Position numbers and translations under genes: made by a program
The notes under the pieces: model-generated
Told to the model about the DNA's origin: nothing
The model's database searches: none
What the model saw: the letters and a program-made list of their open reading frames with translations, nothing else
In this document: positions 27,119-37,357 of the stretch, piece after piece
Layout: every line of letters begins with the position of its first letter
Numbering within the stretch: the stretch's first letter is position 1
DNA from: Bdellovibrionales bacterium
GTDB lineage: Bacteria; Bdellovibrionota; Bdellovibrionia; Bdellovibrionales; UBA1609
NCBI GenBank assembly: GCA_965203095.1
Contig: OZ241877.1
Span: 1,696,001 to 1,760,000 of the forward strand
Reading direction: 5' to 3'
Length of the DNA stretch: 64,000 bases

Positions 27119-28570
27119 ATGGCACAATCTACTACTTCAAAAAGACTTAAGTTTATCCTTGAAAAAGGAGAAGATTATAAAACGGAGTTCAAGGAAAAGG
27201 CAGATAGAAACCTTGATAGAGAAATAGTTGCCTTTGCCAACTCCTCTGGCGGGCAAATTTATATTGGCATTACAGATAAAAGCAAAGCCAAAGGCATAAA
27301 TATTACAAATAAATTAAAAAGCCAGATACAAGATATTGCTAAAAACTGCGATCCTAAAGTCGATATTTCATTCCAAGAAGTAAAACAGGAAAAAATTTTA
27401 ATAATTGAAATTAAGGAAAGCAAATCTAAACCTCATAGGTGTTCTTCAGGTTTTTATATTCGTTCTGGAGCTTCTTCTCAAAAGCTAAATACAAAAGAGA
27501 TCAGAAATTTTATGGAAGAGGAGGGAGTTTTAAGGTTTGACTCTCTCCCTTGTAAAAAATTTGTTCATAAAGAACATTTTGATAAAGAAAAATTATTTTA
27601 TTTTTTAGATAAATCTAAAGTTAAATATAACCGAAGAGATTACCTTCAAATATTAGAAAATCTTGAAGTGGCTGAAAAACGAGGTTCAAAAATTATTTTT
27701 AATAATGCTGGAGCTTTATTTTTTTCAAAAAACTTAAAAAAAATCTTTTTTCAAACAGAGATAATTTGCGGGCTTTTTAAGGGAAAAGACAAAGGAAGTC
27801 TTGTTCTCAATAATGAAAATTTTAATATAGACATAATTAGAAATATAGAAGGAGCTATGGAATTTTTATGGAAAAGTTTAAGAGCACGGCATGAGCTAAT
27901 CCCCAAAACAGCCCGTAGAATAGATGTTTTGGAAATTCCTGAAAAGGCTTTGAGGGAGGCTTTAATTAATGCTGTTATTCATACAAATTATTTGGAGGAG
28001 GGGACATCTGTAACTGTTGAGGTTTATGACGACAGAGTAGAAGTTTCTAATTTTGGAGGATTACCTGCAAGATTAAAGAAAGAACAATTTGGAAAAAAAA
28101 GTGTCCGTAGGAATCCTCTTGTAGCGGATCTCATGGCCAGGGCTGGGTATATTGAAAGAATGGGAACAGGAATTAAAAAAATGAGAGCTTTAGTTAAGGC
28201 AGAAGGACTGCCTCCGATAAAATTTGAATTTGACAATTTTACAACTGTGACATTTTATAGACCCTCTTATCCATCAAGTAGTGCTGTTGAGCTGTCAAAA
28301 ATTGATATAAATTTTAGCAAAAAACTTGGTGATGTTTTGAATGTAAAAGATAAAAAAATAAAAACTTTATTACATATTTTGACTGATATAGAAAACGGAA
28401 CTTTTTACAATACTAAATTTGCCAAAAAAAGAGGAATCACTTTAAGAAGTGTATATAGATATATACAATCCCTAAAAGAGAAAGGACTTATTTATTTTGA
28501 AGGTTCTCGGAAAACAGGCAAATATAAAATTGCTAAAAAATACAAAAAATTGAAAAATCTTTATAAATAA
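27119..28570 (+). CDS. Schlafen/AlbA_2 + HATPase_c_4 + winged-helix protein
   Basis: GEDYKTEFKE, IVAFANSSGGQIYIGITD, ALREALINAVIH, SVRRNPLVADLM, IERMGTGI, and a C-terminal wHTH (GSRKTGKY). Confidence 0.9.
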   Translation: MAQSTTSKRLKFILEKGEDYKTEFKEKADRNLDREIVAFANSSGGQIYIGITDKSKAKGINITNKLKSQIQDIAKNCDPKVDISFQEVKQEKILIIEIKESKSKPHRCSSGFYIRSGASSQKLNTKEIRNFMEEEGVLRFDSLPCKKFVHKEHFDKEKLFYFLDKSKVKYNRRDYLQILENLEVAEKRGSKIIFNNAGALFFSKNLKKIFFQTEIICGLFKGKDKGSLVLNNENFNIDIIRNIEGAMEFLWKSLRARHELIPKTARRIDVLEIPEKALREALINAVIHTNYLEEGTSVTVEVYDDRVEVSNFGGLPARLKKEQFGKKSVRRNPLVADLMARAGYIERMGTGIKKMRALVKAEGLPPIKFEFDNFTTVTFYRPSYPSSSAVELSKIDINFSKKLGDVLNVKDKKIKTLLHILTDIENGTFYNTKFAKKRGITLRSVYRYIQSLKEKGLIYFEGSRKTGKYKIAKKYKKLKNLYK

Positions 28571-28930
28571 AATGTCAGTATAAATGGCGGGAAAATGTCA
28601 GTATAAATGGCAGGAAAATGTCAGTATAAGAGGCAGAAAAATGTCAGTATAAATGGCAGGAAAATGTCAGTATAAATGGCAGAAAAATGTCAGTATAAGA
28701 GGCAGAAAAATGTCAGTATAAATGGCGGGAAAATGTCAGTATAAACGGCGGGAAAATGTCAGTATAAACGGCGGGAAAATGTCAGTATAAACGGCGGGAA
28801 AATGTCAGTATAAATGGCAGAAAAATGTCAGTATAAGAGGCAGAAAAATGTCAGTATAAATGGCGGGAAAATGGCAGAAAAATGTCAGTATAAACGGCGG
28901 GAAGTGGCAGTATAAATGTCAGTATAAATG
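28569..28930. repeat. Tandem array of 23-bp units (14 full units plus partials)
   Basis: Unit AAAATGTCAGTATAA followed by one of ATGGCGGG, ATGGCAGG, ATGGCAGA, GAGGCAGA or ACGGCGGG. Confidence 0.97.
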
Positions 28931-29173
28931 TTTGGTTCATGGGGGTTAAAGGGAGTTTTCTCAATATTTTTTGCAGAAGTGGCTAAATATGGTAAAATAT
29001 TAGCTTAAGACTTGACTGAAAGGGCTTGTTGTTGTATTGGGGTGAGAGGATAATATACTGATTACATTTGAGATTTCCGATCAAAACAGAGCAGAGAAAA
29101 CAGGAATTTTCAAACAAAATCAGTATAAACTCTTGTAGGGTGGTATTCTGGATTTAGTAAGAGAGTAAAATGC

Positions 29174-31660
29174 TCAGTTTTTTATAAAAAAATGCAAAAT
29201 TTCCTCTTGCACTGTATCTCTTATATCTTTAATTTCCTTTGAGTGGTTATGATTTTCAACTCCCTTTTTCAATATAATCAGTAGTTCTTCCAAGTATTTT
29301 TTCCTTTTATCAGGATTTTTAATGCCTTGTTTTGCCCATTTTAAGCCCTGTGCACCTAAAATATGATAAGGATATGGATCTAATTTGCCTCTTTTTTCAA
29401 TTAGCTGAACAATATTCTCATAAGCCTCTTTTGTCAGCCTGGAAGATTTCTCCAGATTCGGGTTGGAAATAGCCTCTCTAAAATTCAAATGTTCCATAGA
29501 CAAAATCACTAAAGGGTCTTCACTATTCAGGCTTTGCGATTGGTTTAAATAATTCCTGGCTAAACTCAGTGAACCATTTTCCAGTTCAAAACATCCCCTT
29601 TGGAGCCAAAAATGATGATCGTTTGTTAAAAGGCCCTCTATTGATTCATACAGCCCCTGAACCACCATAGCCTCAGAGCTGATTTTGAATAAAAAATCAT
29701 GATTTATAAGGGTTTTTAAAAGCCTCTTCATCCGTTTTTGCTCTGAGGTTGGTTCTGTGGATTTAATCGCGGCGATATAGGCCAAACAAGTATAGTAATA
29801 CATAAGTTGATTTTGTTCAGCCAGCTTTTCAGAGATCTTTTCTGCAATAACCCTATGACGGACTTTTAATCTTTTAGGGACAGATTCCACAAGAAGGCCC
29901 CGCCGGACCATCTGCTCTATAATATTTAAAATATTGTTGCTTCTGTCTCCTCGCATTCCTAACAAAATATCCTCCCTTAAAAGATAATGATTTCTGGATG
30001 TGGCTACAGCTATTAGACAATACACTTGCTTTGAGACTCCTTCTAAATCCTCAAACTCCTCACATATCTTATCTGTAAAGTTTTTGCCTGATGTGACCTC
30101 TATCATAGCCACAATTAACTGCCTATCTAATTTGTTTTTAAAAACAGTAACTCGTTCCTCTCTGCTTTTCCCCTTCAGACTTCCTAAAAGGTTTTTGTTT
30201 TCAAGTAAATCAAGAATTTTACTTATTTCATCATCGGTCAGTCGGTATGTGGAAAACTCCTCAAATGGGATAGACTCATCAAACAAAGAGCTGTTGAAAA
30301 GGCGGTCGGCTTTGCCACTCCTCACAGCTAAAAAGATGGATTTTAAATTGCTTTTCAATGCCAGCTTTGAAATGGTTTGAGAAATTGAAGAACCGTATAT
30401 ATCTGGCGTGTCTATAAACAAATATTCCATGTCTTCCGAATTTTCCACAAGATTAAAAATTTTATGGGGAGCTATGTTTGAGTCTCTGTCAATCCACCCG
30501 ACAGTTTTGCCTTTATTTGTTATTTGAACAGCCATTCTCATAGCAACAGAGGTTTTCCCGTCTCCGGCTGTTCCTGTGAAGGCAAAAACAGGAGCAGGTT
30601 TTTGGCTACTTCTGTTTTTTATTTTATTGGTTATTTTATTCATCCATTCACTTTCTTTGTCTCTTTCAACTGAATGAGAATGTATGTCTTTCCAGGAAGG
30701 CTCAGAACCCAGAAGATAGTTTTTAGATGGTCGGCCTTTTTCCATGTTCATTAAATGCGAAACAGTGGGGATAGAGTTTGGATCGGATTCTTTTGAAAAC
30801 TGTTTTATCTTTATAAGTCCTTTTTGAGATTCTGCCTTAAGAGGATTGAGAAAGTGTGTGCAAAATTCTTTTCGGGTTTGAGGAATCCATGTGATGTTAT
30901 ACCCTCTCAGTAGCTCTTGGCGGACAGATGAAAGCTCAGGAATCACAAGAAGAGAGTTGGGACGCAACTCCCCAAAGTCCCTTATAGATCCTTTTAATTT
31001 TCTCAAGTGGATATAGTGCCAAAACAGCTCTTCGTCTAATTGACTTCCAAGAAACAAAAAAGGATACTGAAGAATTTCCGAAGACAAAATATTATAACAG
31101 GAATCTGAAAAGCTTTTTTCAAAATACTGTTCATGGGAAAAAGTCACATGATCAGGAATATCCTCCAGCATTCCATGAAGGTGAATGACTATAAGGTCTT
31201 TAGGGGACTGGGCATGTAGAGGTTGACCCGCCATCTTGCCAGAATGGCAAACAATTCTTCGCTCAAAATTAAATTTTGCCTGAGCGACATCGTATAGGTT
31301 GTCGATATTGACTGTGTATGCTTTATGCCAAGGTTGACCGATGATTGTTTTATATTCACTGTCAAGAGAGCATGGGGTTGCTGTTAATCGCTCTTTTAAG
31401 TGTTTGATGACTTCTCTTTTGTTTTTTTGAATGGCTACTTGAAAAATATCTTTTAGAGACTCCTTAGGGGAGTATTTTAAATCTATCAGGTTGCACAGCT
31501 CTTTAGCCAGATCCTTGGACAGAGGCAAATTTTTGCCGTTTTTGTCTTTTGCATCTGATGAAAAACCAGCTCCTGTAAAAAGAATTATTCCTCCCTCTGA
31601 AAGCTTGTTTCCAAGGTATTCCTTGATTCTTTTTTCTTCTTTTGGTTGTATACTGGACAT
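29174..31660 (-). CDS. SIR2-like domain + STAND-type P-loop NTPase + helical/TPR region (Avs-like)
   Basis: LFTGAGFS, YTVNID, IHLHG and FLFLGSQL (SIR2-like); GTAGDGKT (Walker A); RHRVIAE; HFWLQRG.FE TPR-like tail. Confidence 0.82.
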   Translation of the reverse strand: MSSIQPKEEKRIKEYLGNKLSEGGIILFTGAGFSSDAKDKNGKNLPLSKDLAKELCNLIDLKYSPKESLKDIFQVAIQKNKREVIKHLKERLTATPCSLDSEYKTIIGQPWHKAYTVNIDNLYDVAQAKFNFERRIVCHSGKMAGQPLHAQSPKDLIVIHLHGMLEDIPDHVTFSHEQYFEKSFSDSCYNILSSEILQYPFLFLGSQLDEELFWHYIHLRKLKGSIRDFGELRPNSLLVIPELSSVRQELLRGYNITWIPQTRKEFCTHFLNPLKAESQKGLIKIKQFSKESDPNSIPTVSHLMNMEKGRPSKNYLLGSEPSWKDIHSHSVERDKESEWMNKITNKIKNRSSQKPAPVFAFTGTAGDGKTSVAMRMAVQITNKGKTVGWIDRDSNIAPHKIFNLVENSEDMEYLFIDTPDIYGSSISQTISKLALKSNLKSIFLAVRSGKADRLFNSSLFDESIPFEEFSTYRLTDDEISKILDLLENKNLLGSLKGKSREERVTVFKNKLDRQLIVAMIEVTSGKNFTDKICEEFEDLEGVSKQVYCLIAVATSRNHYLLREDILLGMRGDRSNNILNIIEQMVRRGLLVESVPKRLKVRHRVIAEKISEKLAEQNQLMYYYTCLAYIAAIKSTEPTSEQKRMKRLLKTLINHDFLFKISSEAMVVQGLYESIEGLLTNDHHFWLQRGCFELENGSLSLARNYLNQSQSLNSEDPLVILSMEHLNFREAISNPNLEKSSRLTKEAYENIVQLIEKRGKLDPYPYHILGAQGLKWAKQGIKNPDKRKKYLEELLIILKKGVENHNHSKEIKDIRDTVQEEILHFFIKN

Positions 31661-31834
31661 TTTAAGCTCCCTACCTATTATTTTTTGGTTCAGGCCCTTC
31701 TCAGCCTATGCCTCCATGTTTTGTTATATTATATCCTTTTGTCAAGTGTTTTTTTAGAGGTAGGTTTTGTTTACAGGATTTTGTGTCGGCTTTGGTTGGA
31801 GTTTAAAAAAATGATCAGGTCTTAAAGGATTTTT

Positions 31835-33565
31835 TTAGAGTTGAGGGAGTAGATCTTTCAGTTGGTTTTTGAGTGCTGACAGAGGGAGCTTTTTTTTGTC
31901 TCCGGTTTTTCGAATGCAAACTTCTATTTGTGAGTTTTTTAGATCTCTATCGCCTAAATTGATTCTTAAAGGTAAGCCTAAAAGGTCGGCATCTTTAAAT
32001 TTAACACCGGGCCTTTCGGCCCTGTCGTCAATAAAATAATCCAAATGTTGTTGTTCCAATATTTTTATGAGATCTTTTTTTGCTTTTAAAACCCGATCAC
32101 TTTCCGGGTCAATAAGGCATATATGAGTAGAAAAAGGAGCTAAACAAAGAGGCCATATTATGCCTTTGTCATCAAAACTTTGCTCCACAAGGGCTTGAAG
32201 AGTCCGAGTCACACCTAAGCCATAACAACCCATCTCCACAAATTTTTTATCGCCATGGGAGTCCAAAAAAGACAGATCCATTTTTTTTGAATAAAGATCA
32301 GACAGATAAAACAGATGGCCCACCTCAATTCCTCTTTGTTTTTTGAGGGTTGCATCTCCTGCTGGGCTAAGTTCCCCCTCTCTCACAAGGCAAAAATCCC
32401 CATAAGCGGTCACTTTAAAATCTCTTTCCGGATTTATATTTTTGACATGAAAACCCTCCTTATTGGCACCAGTGATAAAATTCCCCTGGCTTTTTAAAAA
32501 GTGATCGACATAAATGGGAATAGATTTTTTTAAATTCCAAGGGCCACAACTGCCAGGCCCTGCCCCCGCTATCTCTTTAACTATTTTGCTATCACAAAGT
32601 GTAGGAAGATTTTTTAAACCTAAGCTGAGTTTAACTTTTACAGGATGGACTGAATCCTCCCCAGAGCATAAAACAGCAAAATAAATGGGTTCTCCCACTT
32701 CGTTTAAAACCGAAAAAAACAAAGTTTTAACCAAATCATTTGGTGAGCATTTTAAAAATTGTGCCAGATCCTCTATCCTGCGAACTCCGGGAGTGGCCAA
32801 CTCTTCAATGGTTTTAAGTGGGCCTTTAAAAGTTTTGATAGAAGGGGGCCTTCTGGGGCAAACCTCTGCATTGGCTGAAAAATCTTTTTTTTCAGAAATA
32901 AAAACTTCATCTTCGCCCTGTTCTGCCAGAATGTGGAACTCTTGTGAATGAGAACCTCCAATATCGCCAGAATCCGCCTGAACTACAACAAAGCGAACAG
33001 CTATCCTTTGGAATATTTTTTCATAAGCTTGAAACATTTTTTGATAGTTTTTAAGAGCTGACTCTGGTGTGACATCAAAGCTGTAGCTGTCTTTCATAAT
33101 AAATTCTCTGGCCCTCAACAAGCCAAAACGAGGGCGAATTTCATCCCGGTATTTTGTCTGTATTTGAAACAGGTTTAAAGGCAAATCCCTCCAACTCTTT
33201 AAGCCCGACTGGACAAAATGTATCACCATCTCCTCATGAGTGGGGCCAAGGCAAAGCTCTTGCCCGGTTCGCCCTTTCATTTTAAGAAGAAGGCCCTCAA
33301 ACTTGTCCCACCGGCCTGTTTTTTCCCAAAGCTCTTTGGTTTGAACCATAGGCATAAGGATCTCCTTAGCTCCTGCGGAATGCATTTCCTCACGGATGAT
33401 TTTTTCTAACTTTTGAATCGATCTCAAAAACAAGCTATTGTATAAATAAATCCCTTGGCTGGTGTTGTAAATATAACCAGCCCGCAACAGCAAAATATGA
33501 CCAGGGGTAAAGGCCCCCACGGGTTTTTCTCTTAAAGTTTTTAAATAGATTTCAGACCACTTCAT
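31835..33565 (-). CDS. proS: Proline--tRNA ligase, full length
   Basis: LGPTHEE, YRDEIRPRFGLLRAREFIMKD, INS editing domain, GIEVGHLF, MGCYGLG, GVKFKDADLLG. Confidence 0.98.
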   Translation of the reverse strand: MKWSEIYLKTLREKPVGAFTPGHILLLRAGYIYNTSQGIYLYNSLFLRSIQKLEKIIREEMHSAGAKEILMPMVQTKELWEKTGRWDKFEGLLLKMKGRTGQELCLGPTHEEMVIHFVQSGLKSWRDLPLNLFQIQTKYRDEIRPRFGLLRAREFIMKDSYSFDVTPESALKNYQKMFQAYEKIFQRIAVRFVVVQADSGDIGGSHSQEFHILAEQGEDEVFISEKKDFSANAEVCPRRPPSIKTFKGPLKTIEELATPGVRRIEDLAQFLKCSPNDLVKTLFFSVLNEVGEPIYFAVLCSGEDSVHPVKVKLSLGLKNLPTLCDSKIVKEIAGAGPGSCGPWNLKKSIPIYVDHFLKSQGNFITGANKEGFHVKNINPERDFKVTAYGDFCLVREGELSPAGDATLKKQRGIEVGHLFYLSDLYSKKMDLSFLDSHGDKKFVEMGCYGLGVTRTLQALVEQSFDDKGIIWPLCLAPFSTHICLIDPESDRVLKAKKDLIKILEQQHLDYFIDDRAERPGVKFKDADLLGLPLRINLGDRDLKNSQIEVCIRKTGDKKKLPLSALKNQLKDLLPQL

Positions 33566-33574
33566 ATTGATTCA

Positions 33575-34285
33575 CTAAAAAGGAGGCTGGGATATTTTTT
33601 TTATTTTTATGCAATGTTGCCACTCTGCCATTTGGATAAGGCTTTTCATCCCCTCAGCTCCTCTACAAAAACGAGCCTCCGCTTGCCCTCGATGTTCCAA
33701 CATAAGCACAGAAAAAACAATCGGTAGGGAGTATTTTTTTTGCAAGTCCCACAAAGCCTCTCGCAAAAAATCACATAAAAAATCATAATGCCCTGTTTCT
33801 CCCTTTATCAGCACACCTAAGGCCAAAATGGCCTTAGCTTTCCCCTCTTCCGCAAGCCACTGGGCCATCATAGGGATCTCTCCAGCACCAGGGATCCAAA
33901 CTGGTTCCAGTTCCCACTCCGACATTTCCCGAACAAACTTTCTAAAAGAATTTTTTATGGAATAAGGGCCTGTTGAGTGTTGAGCCAGACTTCGAATAGG
34001 AGAATTTTCGGGATAATGGCTTAAAATAGTTTGTAAATCCACAGAGCTTTCTATTAGGGACAAAATCTCTTTAACCCGGTGCTGATATTCTTTAAACTCC
34101 TGCTCGGCCTGAAGATAGAGCATTTCCACCATGTGTTTATTAAATTCAGGGCAAATAACAAATAGGCTCATACTTTTCCTTAATTCAGATCGCCACTGGG
34201 GAAAACCTTTAGTCTCACTTCCCTTGGGGTTTGAGTTGAAAACAGATTGGCCGGGGCCTTTCCCTATAAAGATTTTTACACCCAT
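33575..34285 (-). CDS. ribH: 6,7-dimethyl-8-ribityllumazine synthase-like protein with insertion, copy 1
   Basis: EFN, WIPGAGEIP, LALGVLIKGETGHYD, PIVFSVL, QAEAR. Confidence 0.8.
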   Translation of the reverse strand: MGVKIFIGKGPGQSVFNSNPKGSETKGFPQWRSELRKSMSLFVICPEFNKHMVEMLYLQAEQEFKEYQHRVKEILSLIESSVDLQTILSHYPENSPIRSLAQHSTGPYSIKNSFRKFVREMSEWELEPVWIPGAGEIPMMAQWLAEEGKAKAILALGVLIKGETGHYDFLCDFLREALWDLQKKYSLPIVFSVLMLEHRGQAEARFCRGAEGMKSLIQMAEWQHCIKIKKISQPPF

Positions 34286-34325
34286 TTATTGGATATGGCA
34301 ATACAAAATTCTTAGGCAGGAAGGC

Positions 34326-35762
34326 TCAATGGCTGATTGCAGTAAATATTTGCAAGTGGCCATCGTTTTTTCCCCAAGGTTTTGGCCGGCCTGTCCTTTT
34401 TTTTTGCAGTTCATCTTGTGTGAAAAATTGAATTGAGGAGAAATCTAAAGCCTCTAAACACTTTTGGATTTGTTTTGTGGTGTAAGAGTAATAGTCCTGC
34501 CGGCAAGTTTTTTGGATCATATCAAATCCTCTTTGTTTTTTGAGGGTTGCATCTCCTGCTGGGCTAAGTTCCCCCTCTCTCACAAGGCAAAAATCCCCAT
34601 AAGCGGTCACTTTAAAATCTCTTTCCGGATTTATATTTTTGACATGAAAACCCTCCTTATTGGCACCAGTGATAAAATTCCCCTGGCTTTTTAAAAAGTG
34701 ATCGACATAAATGGGAATAGATTTTTTTAAATTCCAAGGGCCACAACTGCCAGGCCCTGCCCCCGCTATCTCTTTAACTATTTTGCTATCACAAAGTGTA
34801 GGAAGATTTTTTAAACCTAAGCTGAGTTTAACTTTTACAGGATGGACTGAATCCTCCCCAGAGCATAAAACAGCAAAATAAATGGGTTCTCCCACTTCGT
34901 TTAAAACCGAAAAAAACAAAGTTTTAACCAAATCATTTGGTGAGCATTTTAAAAATTGTGCCAGATCCTCTATCCTGCGAACTCCGGGAGTGGCCAACTC
35001 TTCAATGGTTTTAAGTGGGCCTTTAAAAGTTTTGATAGAAGGGGGCCTTCTGGGGCAAACCTCTGCATTGGCTGAAAAATCTTTTTTTTCAGAAATAAAA
35101 ACTTCATCTTCGCCCTGTTCTGCCAGAATGTGGAACTCTTGTGAATGAGAACCTCCAATATCGCCAGAATCCGCCTGAACTACAACAAAGCGAACAGCTA
35201 TCCTTTGGAATATTTTTTCATAAGCTTGAAACATTTTTTGATAGTTTTTAAGAGCTGACTCTGGTGTGACATCAAAGCTGTAGCTGTCTTTCATAATAAA
35301 TTCTCTGGCCCTCAACAAGCCAAAACGAGGGCGAATTTCATCCCGGTATTTTGTCTGTATTTGAAACAGGTTTAAAGGCAAATCCCTCCAACTCTTTAAG
35401 CCCGACTGGACAAAATGTATCACCATCTCCTCATGAGTGGGGCCAAGGCAAAGCTCTTGCCCGGTTCGCCCTTTCATTTTAAGAAGAAGGCCCTCAAACT
35501 TGTCCCACCGGCCTGTTTTTTCCCAAAGCTCTTTGGTTTGAACCATAGGCATAAGGATCTCCTTAGCTCCTGCGGAATGCATTTCCTCACGGATGATTTT
35601 TTCTAACTTTTGAATCGATCTCAAAAACAAGCTATTGTATAAATAAATCCCTTGGCTGGTGTTGTAAATATAACCAGCCCGCAACAGCAAAATATGACCA
35701 GGGGTAAAGGCCCCCACGGGTTTTTCTCTTAAAGTTTTTAAATAGATTTCAGACCACTTCAT
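34326..35762 (-). pseudogene. Chimeric ORF: ProS residues 1-412 fused in frame to the last 66 aa of the methyltransferase
   Basis: Created by the duplication junction. Lacks motif 3 and the anticodon-binding domain. Confidence 0.9.
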
Positions 35763-35771
35763 ATTGATTCA

Positions 35772-36482
35772 CTAAAAAGGAGGCTGGGATATTTTTTTTA
35801 TTTTTATGCAATGTTGCCACTCTGCCATTTGGATAAGGCTTTTCATCCCCTCAGCTCCTCTACAAAAACGAGCCTCCGCTTGCCCTCGATGTTCCAACAT
35901 AAGCACAGAAAAAACAATCGGTAGGGAGTATTTTTTTTGCAAGTCCCACAAAGCCTCTCGCAAAAAATCACATAAAAAATCATAATGCCCTGTTTCTCCC
36001 TTTATCAGCACACCTAAGGCCAAAATGGCCTTAGCTTTCCCCTCTTCCGCAAGCCACTGGGCCATCATAGGGATCTCTCCAGCACCAGGGATCCAAACTG
36101 GTTCCAGTTCCCACTCCGACATTTCCCGAACAAACTTTCTAAAAGAATTTTTTATGGAATAAGGGCCTGTTGAGTGTTGAGCCAGACTTCGAATAGGAGA
36201 ATTTTCGGGATAATGGCTTAAAATAGTTTGTAAATCCACAGAGCTTTCTATTAGGGACAAAATCTCTTTAACCCGGTGCTGATATTCTTTAAACTCCTGC
36301 TCGGCCTGAAGATAGAGCATTTCCACCATGTGTTTATTAAATTCAGGGCAAATAACAAATAGGCTCATACTTTTCCTTAATTCAGATCGCCACTGGGGAA
36401 AACCTTTAGTCTCACTTCCCTTGGGGTTTGAGTTGAAAACAGATTGGCCGGGGCCTTTCCCTATAAAGATTTTTACACCCAT
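35772..36482 (-). CDS. ribH: Lumazine synthase-like protein, copy 2
   Basis: Translation identical to 33575-34285. Confidence 0.8.
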   Translation of the reverse strand: MGVKIFIGKGPGQSVFNSNPKGSETKGFPQWRSELRKSMSLFVICPEFNKHMVEMLYLQAEQEFKEYQHRVKEILSLIESSVDLQTILSHYPENSPIRSLAQHSTGPYSIKNSFRKFVREMSEWELEPVWIPGAGEIPMMAQWLAEEGKAKAILALGVLIKGETGHYDFLCDFLREALWDLQKKYSLPIVFSVLMLEHRGQAEARFCRGAEGMKSLIQMAEWQHCIKIKKISQPPF

Positions 36483-36522
36483 TTATTGGATATGGCAATA
36501 CAAAATTCTTAGGCAGGAAGGC

Positions 36523-37353
36523 TCAATGGCTGATTGCAGTAAATATTTGCAAGTGGCCATCGTTTTTTCCCCAAGGTTTTGGCCGGCCTGTCCTTTTTTT
36601 TTGCAGTTCATCTTGTGTGAAAAATTGAATTGAGGAGAAATCTAAAGCCTCTAAACACTTTTGGATTTGTTTTGTGGTGTAAGAGTAATAGTCCTGCCGG
36701 CAAGTTTTTTGGATCATATCAAACAGCTCTAAGGAAAGGTCTTGATATATTTTTGAAATCTTTTGCCTTCCCCCATCCACTAAAAAATCCCCACAAATAA
36801 AAGCATTCGGCAAAATATTTTGTTTTAGGATTTTTAAAGATTCCCAAAATTTTTTAGGAGGAATATAATAAGTGATGCCCTCAATAATGAGGCCGGAGGG
36901 GCAATCCCTCCTCCAGCCTTTTTTTAAAAGCTGTTTGATGAGAATTTTAGGATCTGTGATGTTTGCTCTGTGGTAAAAAATAGAAGCTCTGGGAAGGATT
37001 TTTTGAGCCAGTTTTTTTTGCAGATCCACCGATTCGCTGTCCACTCCAAAAAATGAGAGGTTAGGGAACTCAGAGCTGAGTTGAATTAAAACAGGATCCC
37101 AACCACAGGCCAGAAAAAGGACTTGTTTATAACCACTTTTTAGCTTTTGCCGGATAAAGTTATGAATGATGAATTTGCGGTTCCGGATACTCTCATTTAT
37201 ATAAGGTTGAAGGTGTCGGACTTTGTCAGACATTTTTCGCCCCTTTGAAAGATCCAGATGAGACAAAAACTCTTTGGCTTTTTTATTGGGATAATTTATC
37301 CCCCCATCACAAACTAAGACAAAAGAAGAGGTTTCTGAAAGAGGAACATACAT
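36523..37353 (-). CDS. Class I SAM-dependent methyltransferase (LCM-like)
   Basis: QVLFLACGWD and IIEGITYYI. Confidence 0.75.
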   Translation of the reverse strand: MYVPLSETSSFVLVCDGGINYPNKKAKEFLSHLDLSKGRKMSDKVRHLQPYINESIRNRKFIIHNFIRQKLKSGYKQVLFLACGWDPVLIQLSSEFPNLSFFGVDSESVDLQKKLAQKILPRASIFYHRANITDPKILIKQLLKKGWRRDCPSGLIIEGITYYIPPKKFWESLKILKQNILPNAFICGDFLVDGGRQKISKIYQDLSLELFDMIQKTCRQDYYSYTTKQIQKCLEALDFSSIQFFTQDELQKKRTGRPKPWGKNDGHLQIFTAISH

Positions 37354-37357
37354 GTTA

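Larger units (their letters stand above)
32330..36723. repeat. Tandem duplication of 2,197 bp (32330-34526 and 34527-36723)
   Basis: All ORFs recur at an offset of 2,197 with identical translations. Junction ...ATCAAA|TCCTCTTTG at 34526/34527. Confidence 0.95.

Noticed and set aside
28569..28930. CRISPR or other guide-RNA array
   Set aside because: There are no unique spacers (only five recurring 8-nt tail variants), the period is only 23 bp, and no cas genes are in the window.
25696..31660. Thoeris system (TIR + SIR2)
   Set aside because: The SIR2 domain is fused to a P-loop NTPase rather than SLOG, and the genes are separated by an opposite-strand gene.
1349..31700. Prophage or ICE as carrier of the defence island
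   Set aside because: No integrase, phage structural genes or conjugation genes are visible in the window.
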